From Candidatus Eiseniibacteriota bacterium (GTDB lineage Bacteria; Eisenbacteria; RBG-16-71-46; CAZEPH01): DNA of 64,000 bases. Location: the NCBI GenBank assembly GCA_044229145.1, contig JBGATO010000014.1, positions 1 to 64,000 of the forward strand. The letters run 5' to 3'. Positions 1 to 9,622 of the stretch are shown piece after piece (the first letter of the stretch is position 1; every line of letters starts with the position of its first letter). The notes under the pieces were generated by a model. It worked only from the letters and a program-made list of their open reading frames with translations. It searched no databases and was not told where the DNA came from. A program made the translations under genes and the position numbers.

Positions 1-79
1 CTCCCCACTCGCGCAGGACGGTGATGTCGTCGCGCATGAATGAGGACGGCGCGTACGGCGTCACCACCAGGAATTCCAC
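1..79 (-). CDS. 5' fragment of a gene running off the window, possibly a GT4 glycosyltransferase
   Basis: GTG at 79 after AGAGGG; reads VEFLVVTPYAPSSFMRDDITVLREWG, resembling a GT-B N-terminal strand-helix; only 26 codons visible. Confidence 0.35.
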   Translation of the reverse strand, partial: MEFLVVTPYAPSSFMRDDITVLREWG

Positions 80-193
80 TCGGGTCCCTCTATCGACGAG
101 CGCAGAGCCGCACCGCGCGGCGGGACATGGACGATAGCACGTCGGGCCCGTAGCGGCCAGCCTGGGACGGCCCTCACGGGGCCCCACGCCCGA

Positions 194-221
194 GGGCGGA
201 GCGGCCGTGGCCACTCCGCCC
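194..221 (-). terminator. GC-rich hairpin downstream of the kelch gene pair
   Basis: GGGCGGAGTGGCC-AC-GGCCGCTCCGCCC on minus strand (one G-U pair), about 30 nt after the stop at 254; no U tract. Confidence 0.4.
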
Positions 222-253
222 CCGAGGCAGGCATCCCGCCGGTGCTGGAACCG

Positions 254-2881
254 CTACGGCATGACGAGGACCTTGCGCACCCACGAGGCGCCGTCGGTCG
301 ACACCGTCAGCAGATACACGCCGGTGCGCGCCACGAGCGGCAGCGCGAGCGCCGTGCGTCCCGCGGGCACGGCCGTCCACCGCGCCTGCGCGACGGTCCG
401 GCCCGTGACGTCACACAACTGCGCGCGGCAGTTCGCGGCAGCGTCCAGGGTGATGCCGAAAGCCACGCTGCCCTGACGCGCCGACACGGCCGGTGCGACA
501 TCCACGCCGGCCGAAGACGCCGGAACCAACGCGGTGACGATCTCCGTCCACTGCTCGGTGCCGGCCACGTTCAGGCGCAGGCGATACTGGTACGTCCGCC
601 CGGACTCGACCTGACTGTCGACGATGCGCGCCTGCCCGTCCTGGTGGATGGCCACCGGCCCGCGCTCCGTCCACTCGCCGCCCTCGCGACGCCACAGCAC
701 GGCCGTCGTCTGGTCGCCCGGGTCCTGACTGATGCGCCACGACAATTCCACCGCGCCCGGACGCGCCGTGACCTGCGCCGGCGACACCCGCACCGCCGTC
801 GGAGCCGTCGTCAGATCCATCTCCCAGGTGTCCGTGCGGTACGGCGTGTAGAACAGGTTGGGCGAGCCGTAGGCGACCACGGCGCCATCTCCCAACGGGT
901 CGTATCCGAACATCGCGGCACTCCGCGTCGCGGGGGGCGGACCGGTCAGGCTCAGCAGGCGCCACGTCGGCGACGCGCCGAGCGACAGCTCCCACGCGTC
1001 GTTGAACGTGTTGGGCAGCGCGCCGCCGCCGAAGATCAGGAACGCATCGCGCGTGACGTCGTAATCGCCGCTCGCCAACGTGCGACCGCTCGGACCGCTC
1101 CCGTTCGCGGCCAAGAGACTCCACGCCGGGCTCCCGGTGAGCGTGAGGGCGAAGGCGTCGCCGTAGTTGTTGCAGCAGTCGGATCCGCCGAACACCAGCA
1201 GGCGATGCCGCAAGGGGTCGCACGCGGCGGCCGCAGATGCGCGGGTGGTCGGAGGCGTCCCCGACGGCGCGAGCTGCGACCACGTGCCCGCCCCCGCCAG
1301 CGAGAGCGCGTAGGCATCGTTCCGGAAGGTGCCCGACGAGGTGTAGCCACCGAACACGACGATCTCGTCGAGCGCGGGATCGATCACCATGGCGAACTGC
1401 CGGCGCGCCGACGGCGGCGAGCCCGCGGGCGCCAGTTGGCTCCACGTGCCCGTGGCCACGTCGAAGGCCCACAGATCGTTGAAGTACAACCCAGAGCCAG
1501 CGCCATTCACATCGCCCTGGAAGCCGCCGAACACCACGAGCCGATTGCGCGCGGCATCGAACACCATGCCGCTGCCCCACCGTCCACCAGGCGCCGTCAC
1601 GGTCGCCGGCGTCACCGGGAACCATCCGTGCGTCGCGAAATCGTAGGCGAACAGGTCGTTGGTGGCCCCGAGGCCGTCGAATCCGCCGAACGCGTACAGT
1701 AGGCGGTGCGTGGCGTCGACAGCGGTGGCCGCCACGGCGCGCGGGGTCGGGAGCGTGGGAATCGCCTGCCAGTTGTAGCCGGCGGCGGGATCCAGCGTGA
1801 ACGCCTGGTTCACCGTCAATCGCGTCAGGGTGGGAGTGATCGACAGGCCGGCGAAGGTCACGAGGCGCGCGTGCGCGCTGTCGTAGCTCAAGCTCGGGCT
1901 GGTCACCACCGCGGGCGACTTGCCACTGGTGAGCGGGATGCTCCACGTGTTGGGCGCCGACGCCAAGGAGAGCGACAGCACCTGGTTGACGTAGCCACCG
2001 GCGTGCGTGCCGCCGAAGACGACCATGGCGTCCCGCGCCGCGTCGTACGCCGCGGCATGGCCGTAGCGCGACAACGGCGAGGCCCCGGTCGTGGTGACCG
2101 TGCTCCAGGTCGCGCTGGCCAAATCGAGGGCATACACCAACCCATTCTCGGTGCTGAAGCCATTGAATCCGCCGTAAACCAGCACGCGATCGCGGATCGG
2201 ATCGTAGACGGCCGAGTGGAATGCCAAGACCGGCTGCGAGCCGGAGGTCGTGAGCTTGGTCCACGCCGGTGTCGGGCCGAGCGTGAGTTCCCACACGTCG
2301 CCGAGTACCGTGCCATCGCGCTTCTGACCGCACACCACCAGCATACGGTCGCGGGCCGAGTCGTAGACCATCGCCTGCCCGGAGCGGCCATCCGGCAGCG
2401 TGCCAGTGGGAGCGAGTTGCGCCCAGGCCGGCGTCGGCGCCGACAGCGACAAGCTCCACACGTCATTGAAGAACGGAACGCCGCCACCCGGGTCGCCGCC
2501 GAAGACGATCATGCGATCGCGGATCGGATCGTAGACTTCGCTCGCCGTGTACCGCGCCTGCGGTGCCGGCCCCGCCGCCGCCAACGGCGACCAGCCTTCG
2601 GCGCCGGGCGTCGTCGACAATTGCCACAAGTCGGAGAGCATCGACATGCCGATGCCCGGCGAACCATCGAGCACGATCACGCGATCGCGCAGCGGGTCGT
2701 AGGCCGCGCTGTGACCGAAGCGTGCGGCGGGTGTGAGCATGTTGGCGGTGTAGACCCATGCTCCATCAGAAGCCTGCGCGGCTGGTGCGGCCAGCACTGC
2801 CGCCAGCAGCGGCGCGGCCGCGCAGACGCTCCGCCACATGGAGGCGTGCTGCCGAATCGGTGTGCAGTTCGTCGTGCTCAT
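254..2881 (-). CDS. Secreted kelch-repeat protein (12 repeats) with Ig-like domain and T9SS-type C-terminal sorting domain
   Basis: Signal peptide (AAPAAQA); repeats R-x-GH/xA-x-YD..R-hhhFGG..NDxW; C-terminus LCDVTGR...GVYLL...RKVLVMP; ATG 2881 with GGGGAG RBS. Confidence 0.85.
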   Translation of the reverse strand: MSTTNCTPIRQHASMWRSVCAAAPLLAAVLAAPAAQASDGAWVYTANMLTPAARFGHSAAYDPLRDRVIVLDGSPGIGMSMLSDLWQLSTTPGAEGWSPLAAAGPAPQARYTASEVYDPIRDRMIVFGGDPGGGVPFFNDVWSLSLSAPTPAWAQLAPTGTLPDGRSGQAMVYDSARDRMLVVCGQKRDGTVLGDVWELTLGPTPAWTKLTTSGSQPVLAFHSAVYDPIRDRVLVYGGFNGFSTENGLVYALDLASATWSTVTTTGASPLSRYGHAAAYDAARDAMVVFGGTHAGGYVNQVLSLSLASAPNTWSIPLTSGKSPAVVTSPSLSYDSAHARLVTFAGLSITPTLTRLTVNQAFTLDPAAGYNWQAIPTLPTPRAVAATAVDATHRLLYAFGGFDGLGATNDLFAYDFATHGWFPVTPATVTAPGGRWGSGMVFDAARNRLVVFGGFQGDVNGAGSGLYFNDLWAFDVATGTWSQLAPAGSPPSARRQFAMVIDPALDEIVVFGGYTSSGTFRNDAYALSLAGAGTWSQLAPSGTPPTTRASAAAACDPLRHRLLVFGGSDCCNNYGDAFALTLTGSPAWSLLAANGSGPSGRTLASGDYDVTRDAFLIFGGGALPNTFNDAWELSLGASPTWRLLSLTGPPPATRSAAMFGYDPLGDGAVVAYGSPNLFYTPYRTDTWEMDLTTAPTAVRVSPAQVTARPGAVELSWRISQDPGDQTTAVLWRREGGEWTERGPVAIHQDGQARIVDSQVESGRTYQYRLRLNVAGTEQWTEIVTALVPASSAGVDVAPAVSARQGSVAFGITLDAAANCRAQLCDVTGRTVAQARWTAVPAGRTALALPLVARTGVYLLTVSTDGASWVRKVLVMP

Positions 2882-2933
2882 GAGGCGCGTTCTCCCCTGC
2901 TGTCGTGGCATGCGAGTTCGTCGAAATGGCAGG

Positions 2934-5276
2934 TCACGGTGCAATCAACACTTTACGTTCCACGCGCCAGTGCGGACCGCGCGCGGCGAACAGGTAAATC
3001 CCAGAGGCCAGATGCCCCGGAGTCGCGATCGCGAAGGACCGCGTGGCCGCCGTCACCGTCTGGCGCTCGTGCACGATGGTGCGGCCGTGCACGTCACAGA
3101 GCGCGACGTCGACATCACCCGGGACGGGTGCGTGCAACGTGAAGTGCAGGAGGCCGCCCCGCACCACCAGCGCGCTCAGTGCCGGTGAGCCGGGACTCTG
3201 CACTTCCGGTGTCGACGCCAGGCCGTCGCCTTGCCCGACCGACGCGAATTCGAGTTCCGCGGTATCGACGAAGTAAGGTGCGTAGAACAGATTGCCCGAG
3301 CCACCGGCCGCCACCATGCGCCGCAGCGTCGGATCGAAGCCAAACGCCATCGCGCCACGTCCAGCGGGCGGCGTGCCGGCGGTCGAAACTTGGTGCCACG
3401 TCGGCGCGCCGACGAGCGACAACTCCCACGTGTCGTTGAACGCCGTCGGCAGGGCACCACCGCCGAACACCAGCAGCGACTGCGACGCCGGATCGAACGC
3501 GGCGCCTGCCAGCGTGCGGCCGTTCGGCCCGCCGCCGCTCGAGAGCAGCGACCACGCCGGATCGCCCTGCAACGTCAGCGCCCAGGTGTCGCCGTAGTTG
3601 ATGCAGCAGTCCGACCCGCCGAACACCACCATGCGCTGTCCCGCCGCGTCGTAGATCGCCGCCGCCGCGTTGCGCGGAAGCGGCGCCGCCCCCGCAGGTG
3701 TCAGCTGCGTCCACGCCGGACTTCCGGAGAGGTTGAGGCTCCACACATCGTTGGCGAACGCGCCATGCAGATCGAAGCCGCCGAAGAGCACGACCCGATC
3801 GGCGATCGGATCGTAGATCAGCGTCGCCCCGCGGCGTGCCGCCGGCGCGGTGCCCGACGGAGTGACCTGCGACCACACGCGCGTCGCGACGTCGAAGGCC
3901 CACACGTCATTGTAGTAGCGCCCGAATCCCGCCGGATTGGTGTCGCCCGCGAAGCCCGTGGCAATCAGCAAGCGCCCGCGTTCCGTGTCGAAAGCACCAG
4001 GCGCTCCCCAGCGCGCCGGCGGCACAGCGGCCGTGGCCGGCGGCACGCGGCTCCACCGGCGTGAGGCAAAGTCGTACGCATAGAGGTCGTTGGTGGTCCA
4101 GCGGCCGTCGTAGCCGCCGAACGCATACATCGTGGAATGCGCCGGATCGACACCGGTGGCCATCCCTTCGCGCGGCGTCGGCTGCGCCAACGCGTAATCC
4201 CAGACGAGCGGCGGCCCGAGTTCCAATCCGAGCGCGAGGTTGCTGGTGCGGTAGCTCCCCGGCAGGACGATGCCGCCGATGGCCACCAGCCGATTACGCG
4301 TACCGTCCATCGTCAGGGTCGGGCTGCTGGTGCCGGGGAGCCGCAGGCCGCCGGGAGTCCGTAGCGTCCAGGCTGGAGTCGGACGGTTCAGGGCGAGCGT
4401 CATGACATCGGCGACGTAGCCGCCTCGATGCGTCCCGCCGAACACCCACATCGCATCATGCGCGGCATCGTAGTCCGCCGCCGCACCGTAGCGCGCCGAC
4501 GGCACGAATCCCGCCGTGACCACCTGCGACCACGTCGCCGTCGCGAAGTCGAACGCCCACACCTTGGCGGATTCCGTGCCGCTCGCGTCGAAGCCGCCGT
4601 ACACCAGGAGGCGGTCCCGCACCGGATCGTAGATGCCCGAGTGGAACGCGAGCGACGGCCCCGCACCGCTCGGTGCGAGTTGCGCCCACGCGGCAGACCC
4701 CGACAGCGGGAGCGCCCAGACGTCCCCCAGCACCGTGCCATCGCGCATCTGGCCGCCGAACACCACCAGTCGGTCGCGCATCGGATCCAGCACCATGACC
4801 TGGGCGGAGCGACCGTCGGGGAGTGCGCCGGTGGGCTGGATTTGAGTCCACGTCGGGGTGCCGGCGGCGAATGAGAGCGCCCAGGTGTCATTCAAGAACG
4901 GCACGCCGAAGCCAGGGTCGCCGCCGAACATCACCATGCGATCGCGCGCCGCGTCGTACACCGCGCTCTGGGTGTACCGGGCCGTCGGCGGCGTGCCCGC
5001 AGCGTCCAGGGGCGCCCAGTCACCGGCTCCCGACAGCGTCCACAGGTCCGACAACATCGCCAGGCCGATGCCGGGGGACCCGTCGCACACTACGAATCGA
5101 TCGCGCGTCGGATCGAGCACGGTCGAATGTCCAAAGCGGCCCGGTGGCGACGCGAAAGTACTCGCCGTCGACCACGTGGCCTCCGCGGCGCGCGGAGCAC
5201 GGGCGGCCGGCAGGACCGTCAGCAAGAGGGCAAGGGCGACCATCGGGGAGAGGCTGGCACCGCGGCACGTGCGCAT
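2934..5276 (-). CDS. Secreted kelch-repeat protein, paralog of the adjacent gene, with T9SS-type C-terminal domain
   Basis: Same 12 repeats, collinear with 254-2881; C-terminus LCDVHGR...ASGIYLF...RKVLIAP; GAGGA RBS. Confidence 0.85.
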   Translation of the reverse strand: MRTCRGASLSPMVALALLLTVLPAARAPRAAEATWSTASTFASPPGRFGHSTVLDPTRDRFVVCDGSPGIGLAMLSDLWTLSGAGDWAPLDAAGTPPTARYTQSAVYDAARDRMVMFGGDPGFGVPFLNDTWALSFAAGTPTWTQIQPTGALPDGRSAQVMVLDPMRDRLVVFGGQMRDGTVLGDVWALPLSGSAAWAQLAPSGAGPSLAFHSGIYDPVRDRLLVYGGFDASGTESAKVWAFDFATATWSQVVTAGFVPSARYGAAADYDAAHDAMWVFGGTHRGGYVADVMTLALNRPTPAWTLRTPGGLRLPGTSSPTLTMDGTRNRLVAIGGIVLPGSYRTSNLALGLELGPPLVWDYALAQPTPREGMATGVDPAHSTMYAFGGYDGRWTTNDLYAYDFASRRWSRVPPATAAVPPARWGAPGAFDTERGRLLIATGFAGDTNPAGFGRYYNDVWAFDVATRVWSQVTPSGTAPAARRGATLIYDPIADRVVLFGGFDLHGAFANDVWSLNLSGSPAWTQLTPAGAAPLPRNAAAAIYDAAGQRMVVFGGSDCCINYGDTWALTLQGDPAWSLLSSGGGPNGRTLAGAAFDPASQSLLVFGGGALPTAFNDTWELSLVGAPTWHQVSTAGTPPAGRGAMAFGFDPTLRRMVAAGGSGNLFYAPYFVDTAELEFASVGQGDGLASTPEVQSPGSPALSALVVRGGLLHFTLHAPVPGDVDVALCDVHGRTIVHERQTVTAATRSFAIATPGHLASGIYLFAARGPHWRVERKVLIAP

Positions 5277-5397
5277 GCAAATTCCTCACGATCTAGACCG
5301 TGGAAAAGACAGGACGGGAAGTCGCGTATCTGTAGGTGCTTTCGTAGCAACGCAGCGGCCGAGCAGGGCCGAGGGGCGACCGAGCCAACAGTCAGAT

Positions 5398-5427
5398 AGT
5401 GTAGTAGCGAATGTGCGGGCGCGTCAA
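5398..5427 (-). promoter_or_regulatory. sigma70-type promoter of the kelch pair
   Basis: TTGACG-18 nt-TACACT. Confidence 0.6.
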
Positions 5428-5450
5428 TACTACCGAGCGCGATCGCGCGC

Positions 5451-6191
5451 CTAGGGTTTGCGCGCGATCACGACGGCCACCGCCTCCGTCGGGTAAAGCC
5501 CTTCGTACCCTGCGTAGATCAACGTATCGATGGTGGCCGCGTCGCTGACCGGCTCCCAGGCACCCGTCCGGTGTGGCTTGCGGAAGAAGCGCACGGTCTT
5601 GTCGCCGGGAACCAAGGCGTCGAGGCGCGCGCGATCGTACGTCCGATACCCGCGCGCGATTTTCGGTGCTCCGGCGGGGACGGTCAGGTACAGCAGCCCG
5701 CCGGGTCGCAACGCCCGCCACAGCTTCTCGACCGCCCGACGGTCGCCATCATTCTCGACCGGGTCGCCCGAATAGCCGAGGCCGACGTGCTCGACGGTCG
5801 AGATCGAGATGACGACGTCGAAGGCGGCTTCCGGCGCCTCCCACGTCAGGACGTCGCCCTGGATCGCCGTGAAGTTCGGGTGGGTGAACGGATAGGGGCG
5901 AAAGTCCATCCCGGTGACGCGGTAGCCGAGCGAGCACAACATCATGGGCAGGACGTTTTCGACGCAGCCGAAGTCCAACACGTGTCGCGCGTCCGCCGGA
6001 AGGTTCTGAAACAGCAGGGCGTATTCGATCATCTGTTCGGAAAAGCCGGGCGTGTACTCGAGGCCGAGACGGCGCTCGAGCGATCGCCCCAGGCGGCGCA
6101 CCCAGTTGACGGCTTGCGTGCGCCACGATGCCGGCGTGTCGAAGAAGACGTTCTTATTGAACGTGTAGAAGTAGATATCGTTGAACTTCAC
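5451..6191 (-). CDS. Class I SAM-dependent methyltransferase (DUF268-like)
   Basis: VLDFGC, FDVVISISTVEHVGLG, LRPGG motifs; GTG 6191 with GAGAGG RBS. Confidence 0.8.
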   Translation of the reverse strand: MKFNDIYFYTFNKNVFFDTPASWRTQAVNWVRRLGRSLERRLGLEYTPGFSEQMIEYALLFQNLPADARHVLDFGCVENVLPMMLCSLGYRVTGMDFRPYPFTHPNFTAIQGDVLTWEAPEAAFDVVISISTVEHVGLGYSGDPVENDGDRRAVEKLWRALRPGGLLYLTVPAGAPKIARGYRTYDRARLDALVPGDKTVRFFRKPHRTGAWEPVSDAATIDTLIYAGYEGLYPTEAVAVVIARKP

Positions 6192-6330
6192 GTCGTGCCT
6201 CTCGCCGTCGGCTGGGGTGCGCGAGTCCGCGCTCGCACCGGGATGATCGCCGCGGATGGTACTCGGGGCTCGCGCGCACGCGCAAGCGCCGCGCCGCCCT
6301 TCCACCGCCGCTGGCGTGTGCGGTGCCATC

Positions 6331-6339
6331 TGTTATCCT
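6331..6339 (+). promoter_or_regulatory. Extended -10 promoter, probably giving a leaderless mRNA
   Basis: TGtTATCCT ends 6 nt before ATG 6346; no SD sequence. Confidence 0.5.
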
Positions 6340-6345
6340 GCCGGC

Positions 6346-9042
6346 ATGATCGCACGTACCGTCGCTCTCGCAGCGCTGACCGGATTCCTCCTCGCTCCCG
6401 CCGCGCGCGCGCAATCCGGCGCGCCGGCCCCACTCGGTGCCGCCGCGGCCGCGCTGCGCGACAGTGTGCCGGTGTTCGCCGACGCCGCGTTCACGCACCC
6501 ACTGGTCACGCTGCGGCTCGGCGACGCGCTGGACTACGTCGGCCGCTCCGACAGCGTGGTCACCGTCGCCACGGCGACCGGGCGCACCGGCTTCGTGCGC
6601 CTGCGCGACATCGGATTGATCGGGCTGCCGTCGACGCAGGCGGGCGACGTGCTGCACTTCTCGCGACGCTTCCAGCCGTACGTCGTGTGGTATCTGGCGC
6701 GCCGCTTCAGCGGCACGCGGCCGGCCGATCAGTGGGCGGTCCCGGCCGACCGCGCCACCGGACGGCGGCTCTACGCACGCCTGGTGCGCGAGTTCCCCGC
6801 CGACTCGCTGGTGCCCGCCGGCCTCAAGGTGCCGGACCTGCACGTGCGTTTCGGCGCCATCGAGGGCAATTTGCGGCAGTACGAGATGGATGTCGCCGAC
6901 GGCGACACCGCCTCCGCCGTCGCGCATTTGCGTGACGCGGTGGAGCGCTTCCCCGCCCTCGCCCGCGTGAGCAGCCTCGACGCGCTCTTCCTGTCGATGA
7001 TTGGCGATCTCGAGACACGCGCCGGTGGCCGCCTGTCGCCGGGGACGAAGGAGCGCGGGGTCGCCACGCTGATGCGTGTGGTGCGCGAACACTCTCGGGA
7101 CGTGGTGCGCGGCTTGAGCGGCTCGCGCGTGCCGGCGTTCGAGGCGGCGGACGCGCTGCTCGACCTCGCGCGCTTCACGCCGGCCGAGGTCATCCAGCAC
7201 GCGGCGGAGATCGTCCGTGTGGACGCGGTCCCGGCGACGCGCATGCAGGCATGGGTGGCACGCGGCCGCCTCGAACTCGCGCGCGGCCGGATGGCGCGCG
7301 CCGAGTCGCTCGCCGTGCTCGCGGCGCGCGGCGAACCGGAGTGGCTGGAGATGCCGCCGGGCCAGGGACCACCTCTTGCCGGCAATCCCCGCCCGGCGAT
7401 GAAGCTGCTCAGCGAGATCTGGCATGCGCGCGGCGGGACGCCGGCAGCGCTGGCACCGCTGCGGCGCCTTGCCGCTGACCCCGCGCTCGGGGACGGCGTG
7501 CGTCACCTCGCGCAGCAGGAATTGGCCGCGTGTCTCGATCACGGCACCGGTGCGCCGGAGGAGATTCGCGCGCTCGGGGTGGCCGCGGAAGATGGCGGCT
7601 GGCGCGCGCGGCTCGAGGCCGGCGGCTGGCGCGCACGCGTCGCGACCGCCGGGCCTCCCCCCGCGATGCGCGGCGGCGATTGGGACAGCTCCGCCGTGGT
7701 CGGCCGTCTCGCGCCGGGCGAGGAGGTCGAGGTCGTGGCGACCGCCGCCAGCTGGCCGCGCGCCGGTCTGGCCCCGCACCACCGCGTCAAAGTGCGCACC
7801 GCGGCCGGGGTGATCGGCTGGACCGATGCCGTGCGGCTCGCCCGCGTGCCCGGCACCGAGCGACGCGACGCCGCCGCCGACACCGCCCTGGCCGCCGGCG
7901 CTTTGCCGCCGCGCGCACGCCTCGTCGTCCAGCCACCGATGCGCGGCCTGGCGCCCACCCTGAGTGCGGCGGGCCGCGAGTTCCTCGTCACCCAGTTCGC
8001 GCTCGACAGCGATGCCGCGGCGCCGCCGGTGCCGGTGGGACTCGTCGATGGCGCGAGTGGCGCGGTGCAGTGGATTCGCCCGCAGCCGGGCATGACGCTG
8101 CCGGCGTTCGCCCATGCGGTGCGCTCGCCGGCCGAGCCGGGGCGTGCGCTCGCGGTGCTCGCGCCCAACGAACACGGCGCCAGCGTGCTGTCCGGCCGCA
8201 CGGGCGAGAAAGTGGGCGACCTCTACGCGCAAATCAGCTTCGCCCCGGCCTCGCCGCCAGCGCTCGCGGTGTCGGGCGATATCGTCTACACCGTCGAGCG
8301 CGGCACGTTGAGCGCGACCCGCGTGGTGAGCGATACCGAGTACGTCGAAGTGTGGTCGCACGCCCTCGACGAAGTGTGGGGCGCCATCCCGCCGATCGCG
8401 GCGGGCGGGCGGCTCGCGGAATCGCTCGCGGATTCGCTGCTCATCACCGGCTGCGGCGGCGCCAACCCGCGCACCCGCGCCTGGCGGCTGCGCGACGGTG
8501 GCGAGGCGTGGACCGCGCCCGCGCCCGACGCCACCGACCTGTTCACCGCGGGACCGGGATTGGTGCTCGCCTACAGCGGCACCGAGGTGTGGGCGGCGAA
8601 CTCCGCCACCGGCGCGTTGCTGTGGAACAAGAAGGACATTGGCAGCGGTGAAGCGTTCGCCAGCTTCCTGACGCGCCCTGCGGCCATCCAGCGCGAGCGC
8701 GTGCTCGTGCTGTCGAACAACGCAGTGCAAGCCCTCGATCCGAAGACGGGCGACGTGCGGTGGTCGACCGAGTTGCCGCAAGTGCCGGTGTCGGCGCCTG
8801 TCCTCCTGCCCGGCGATCCGACCCGCGTCGTGGTGGCGCTGTCGCAGGGGCGGCTCGCGTATCTCGACACCGCGGACGGGCGCATCGTCGCGCTGCAACC
8901 CTTGCGCACGTGGGCGTCGGACGGACCGACGCCGTCGCTTGGGAGCAGCGACCCGCGGTGGACCGCGGCGTACATCGTGGCGACCACCGACGGTTTGGCC
9001 GTCTCCGCCGACGACGGCATCGTCGACGTGCTTGGGCGCTGA
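6346..9042 (+). CDS. Exported protein with SH3-like domains, helical region and C-terminal PQQ-like (BamB-type) beta-propeller
   Basis: Signal peptide (APAARA-Q); two SH3b-like segments (..TATGRTGFV, ..VRTAAGVIGW); repeats ANSATGALLW, ALDPKTGDVRW, LDTADGRIV. Confidence 0.7.
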   Translation: MIARTVALAALTGFLLAPAARAQSGAPAPLGAAAAALRDSVPVFADAAFTHPLVTLRLGDALDYVGRSDSVVTVATATGRTGFVRLRDIGLIGLPSTQAGDVLHFSRRFQPYVVWYLARRFSGTRPADQWAVPADRATGRRLYARLVREFPADSLVPAGLKVPDLHVRFGAIEGNLRQYEMDVADGDTASAVAHLRDAVERFPALARVSSLDALFLSMIGDLETRAGGRLSPGTKERGVATLMRVVREHSRDVVRGLSGSRVPAFEAADALLDLARFTPAEVIQHAAEIVRVDAVPATRMQAWVARGRLELARGRMARAESLAVLAARGEPEWLEMPPGQGPPLAGNPRPAMKLLSEIWHARGGTPAALAPLRRLAADPALGDGVRHLAQQELAACLDHGTGAPEEIRALGVAAEDGGWRARLEAGGWRARVATAGPPPAMRGGDWDSSAVVGRLAPGEEVEVVATAASWPRAGLAPHHRVKVRTAAGVIGWTDAVRLARVPGTERRDAAADTALAAGALPPRARLVVQPPMRGLAPTLSAAGREFLVTQFALDSDAAAPPVPVGLVDGASGAVQWIRPQPGMTLPAFAHAVRSPAEPGRALAVLAPNEHGASVLSGRTGEKVGDLYAQISFAPASPPALAVSGDIVYTVERGTLSATRVVSDTEYVEVWSHALDEVWGAIPPIAAGGRLAESLADSLLITGCGGANPRTRAWRLRDGGEAWTAPAPDATDLFTAGPGLVLAYSGTEVWAANSATGALLWNKKDIGSGEAFASFLTRPAAIQRERVLVLSNNAVQALDPKTGDVRWSTELPQVPVSAPVLLPGDPTRVVVALSQGRLAYLDTADGRIVALQPLRTWASDGPTPSLGSSDPRWTAAYIVATTDGLAVSADDGIVDVLGR

Positions 9043-9056
9043 CGCGCGGCGGCTTG

Positions 9057-9620
9057 TTAGTGCTGGTAGGTGCCGGTCAGCGTGCCCTCGGCGAGCACGT
9101 GGCCGGCCATCGCCTGGTCCACTGCGTCGCGCCGCACGTCGGGACCGAGGGCGATGCGGGTGTCGAGCGCGGCGACGCGCAGGCGGTAGTGGTGGAGTTG
9201 ACCGCGCGGCGGGCACGGGCCGCCGTAGCCGAACTCGCCGAAGTCGTTGCGCGCGTGCGTGGCGCCGTAGCGCGGCAGCGTGAGTTCGTGCGCGAGGCCG
9301 GACGGCAGTGACGTGACCGACGGCGAGACGTTGAACAACACCCAGTGCGTAAACGTGCCGCCCGGTGCGTCGGGATCCTCGAGGATGACGACGTAGCTCT
9401 CGACCGCCGGTTGATGCGGATTGTCCCAGGCGATCGCCGGCGACGTGTTTTCGCCATCGCACGTGAACTGCGCCGGGATCGCGGCGGAGTCGGCGAAGGC
9501 GTCGCTGCGCACGTGCAACGCCGCGATGGTGCGCGTCGCCGCGTGGTCGGTGTGCTGCGGCGCGCAGCCCGCATAGGCGAGCACCGCGAGCGCCCACCCG
9601 GCGACGGACCGCGGCTTCAC
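9057..9620 (-). CDS. YbhB/YbcL family (PEBP/Raf kinase inhibitor-like) lipoprotein
   Basis: TCDGENTSP, DPDAPGGTFTHW, GYGGPCPP, HHYR motifs; lipobox-like LAYAG-C. Confidence 0.9.
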   Translation of the reverse strand: MKPRSVAGWALAVLAYAGCAPQHTDHAATRTIAALHVRSDAFADSAAIPAQFTCDGENTSPAIAWDNPHQPAVESYVVILEDPDAPGGTFTHWVLFNVSPSVTSLPSGLAHELTLPRYGATHARNDFGEFGYGGPCPPRGQLHHYRLRVAALDTRIALGPDVRRDAVDQAMAGHVLAEGTLTGTYQH

Positions 9621-9622
9621 GC

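Noticed and set aside
5355..5386. Three short CCGAG-containing direct repeats in the kelch leader
   Set aside because: Too short and GC-rich to distinguish from chance; no known riboswitch pattern
6346..9042. PQQ-dependent dehydrogenase
   Set aside because: Only generic propeller repeats; no catalytic motifs recognised
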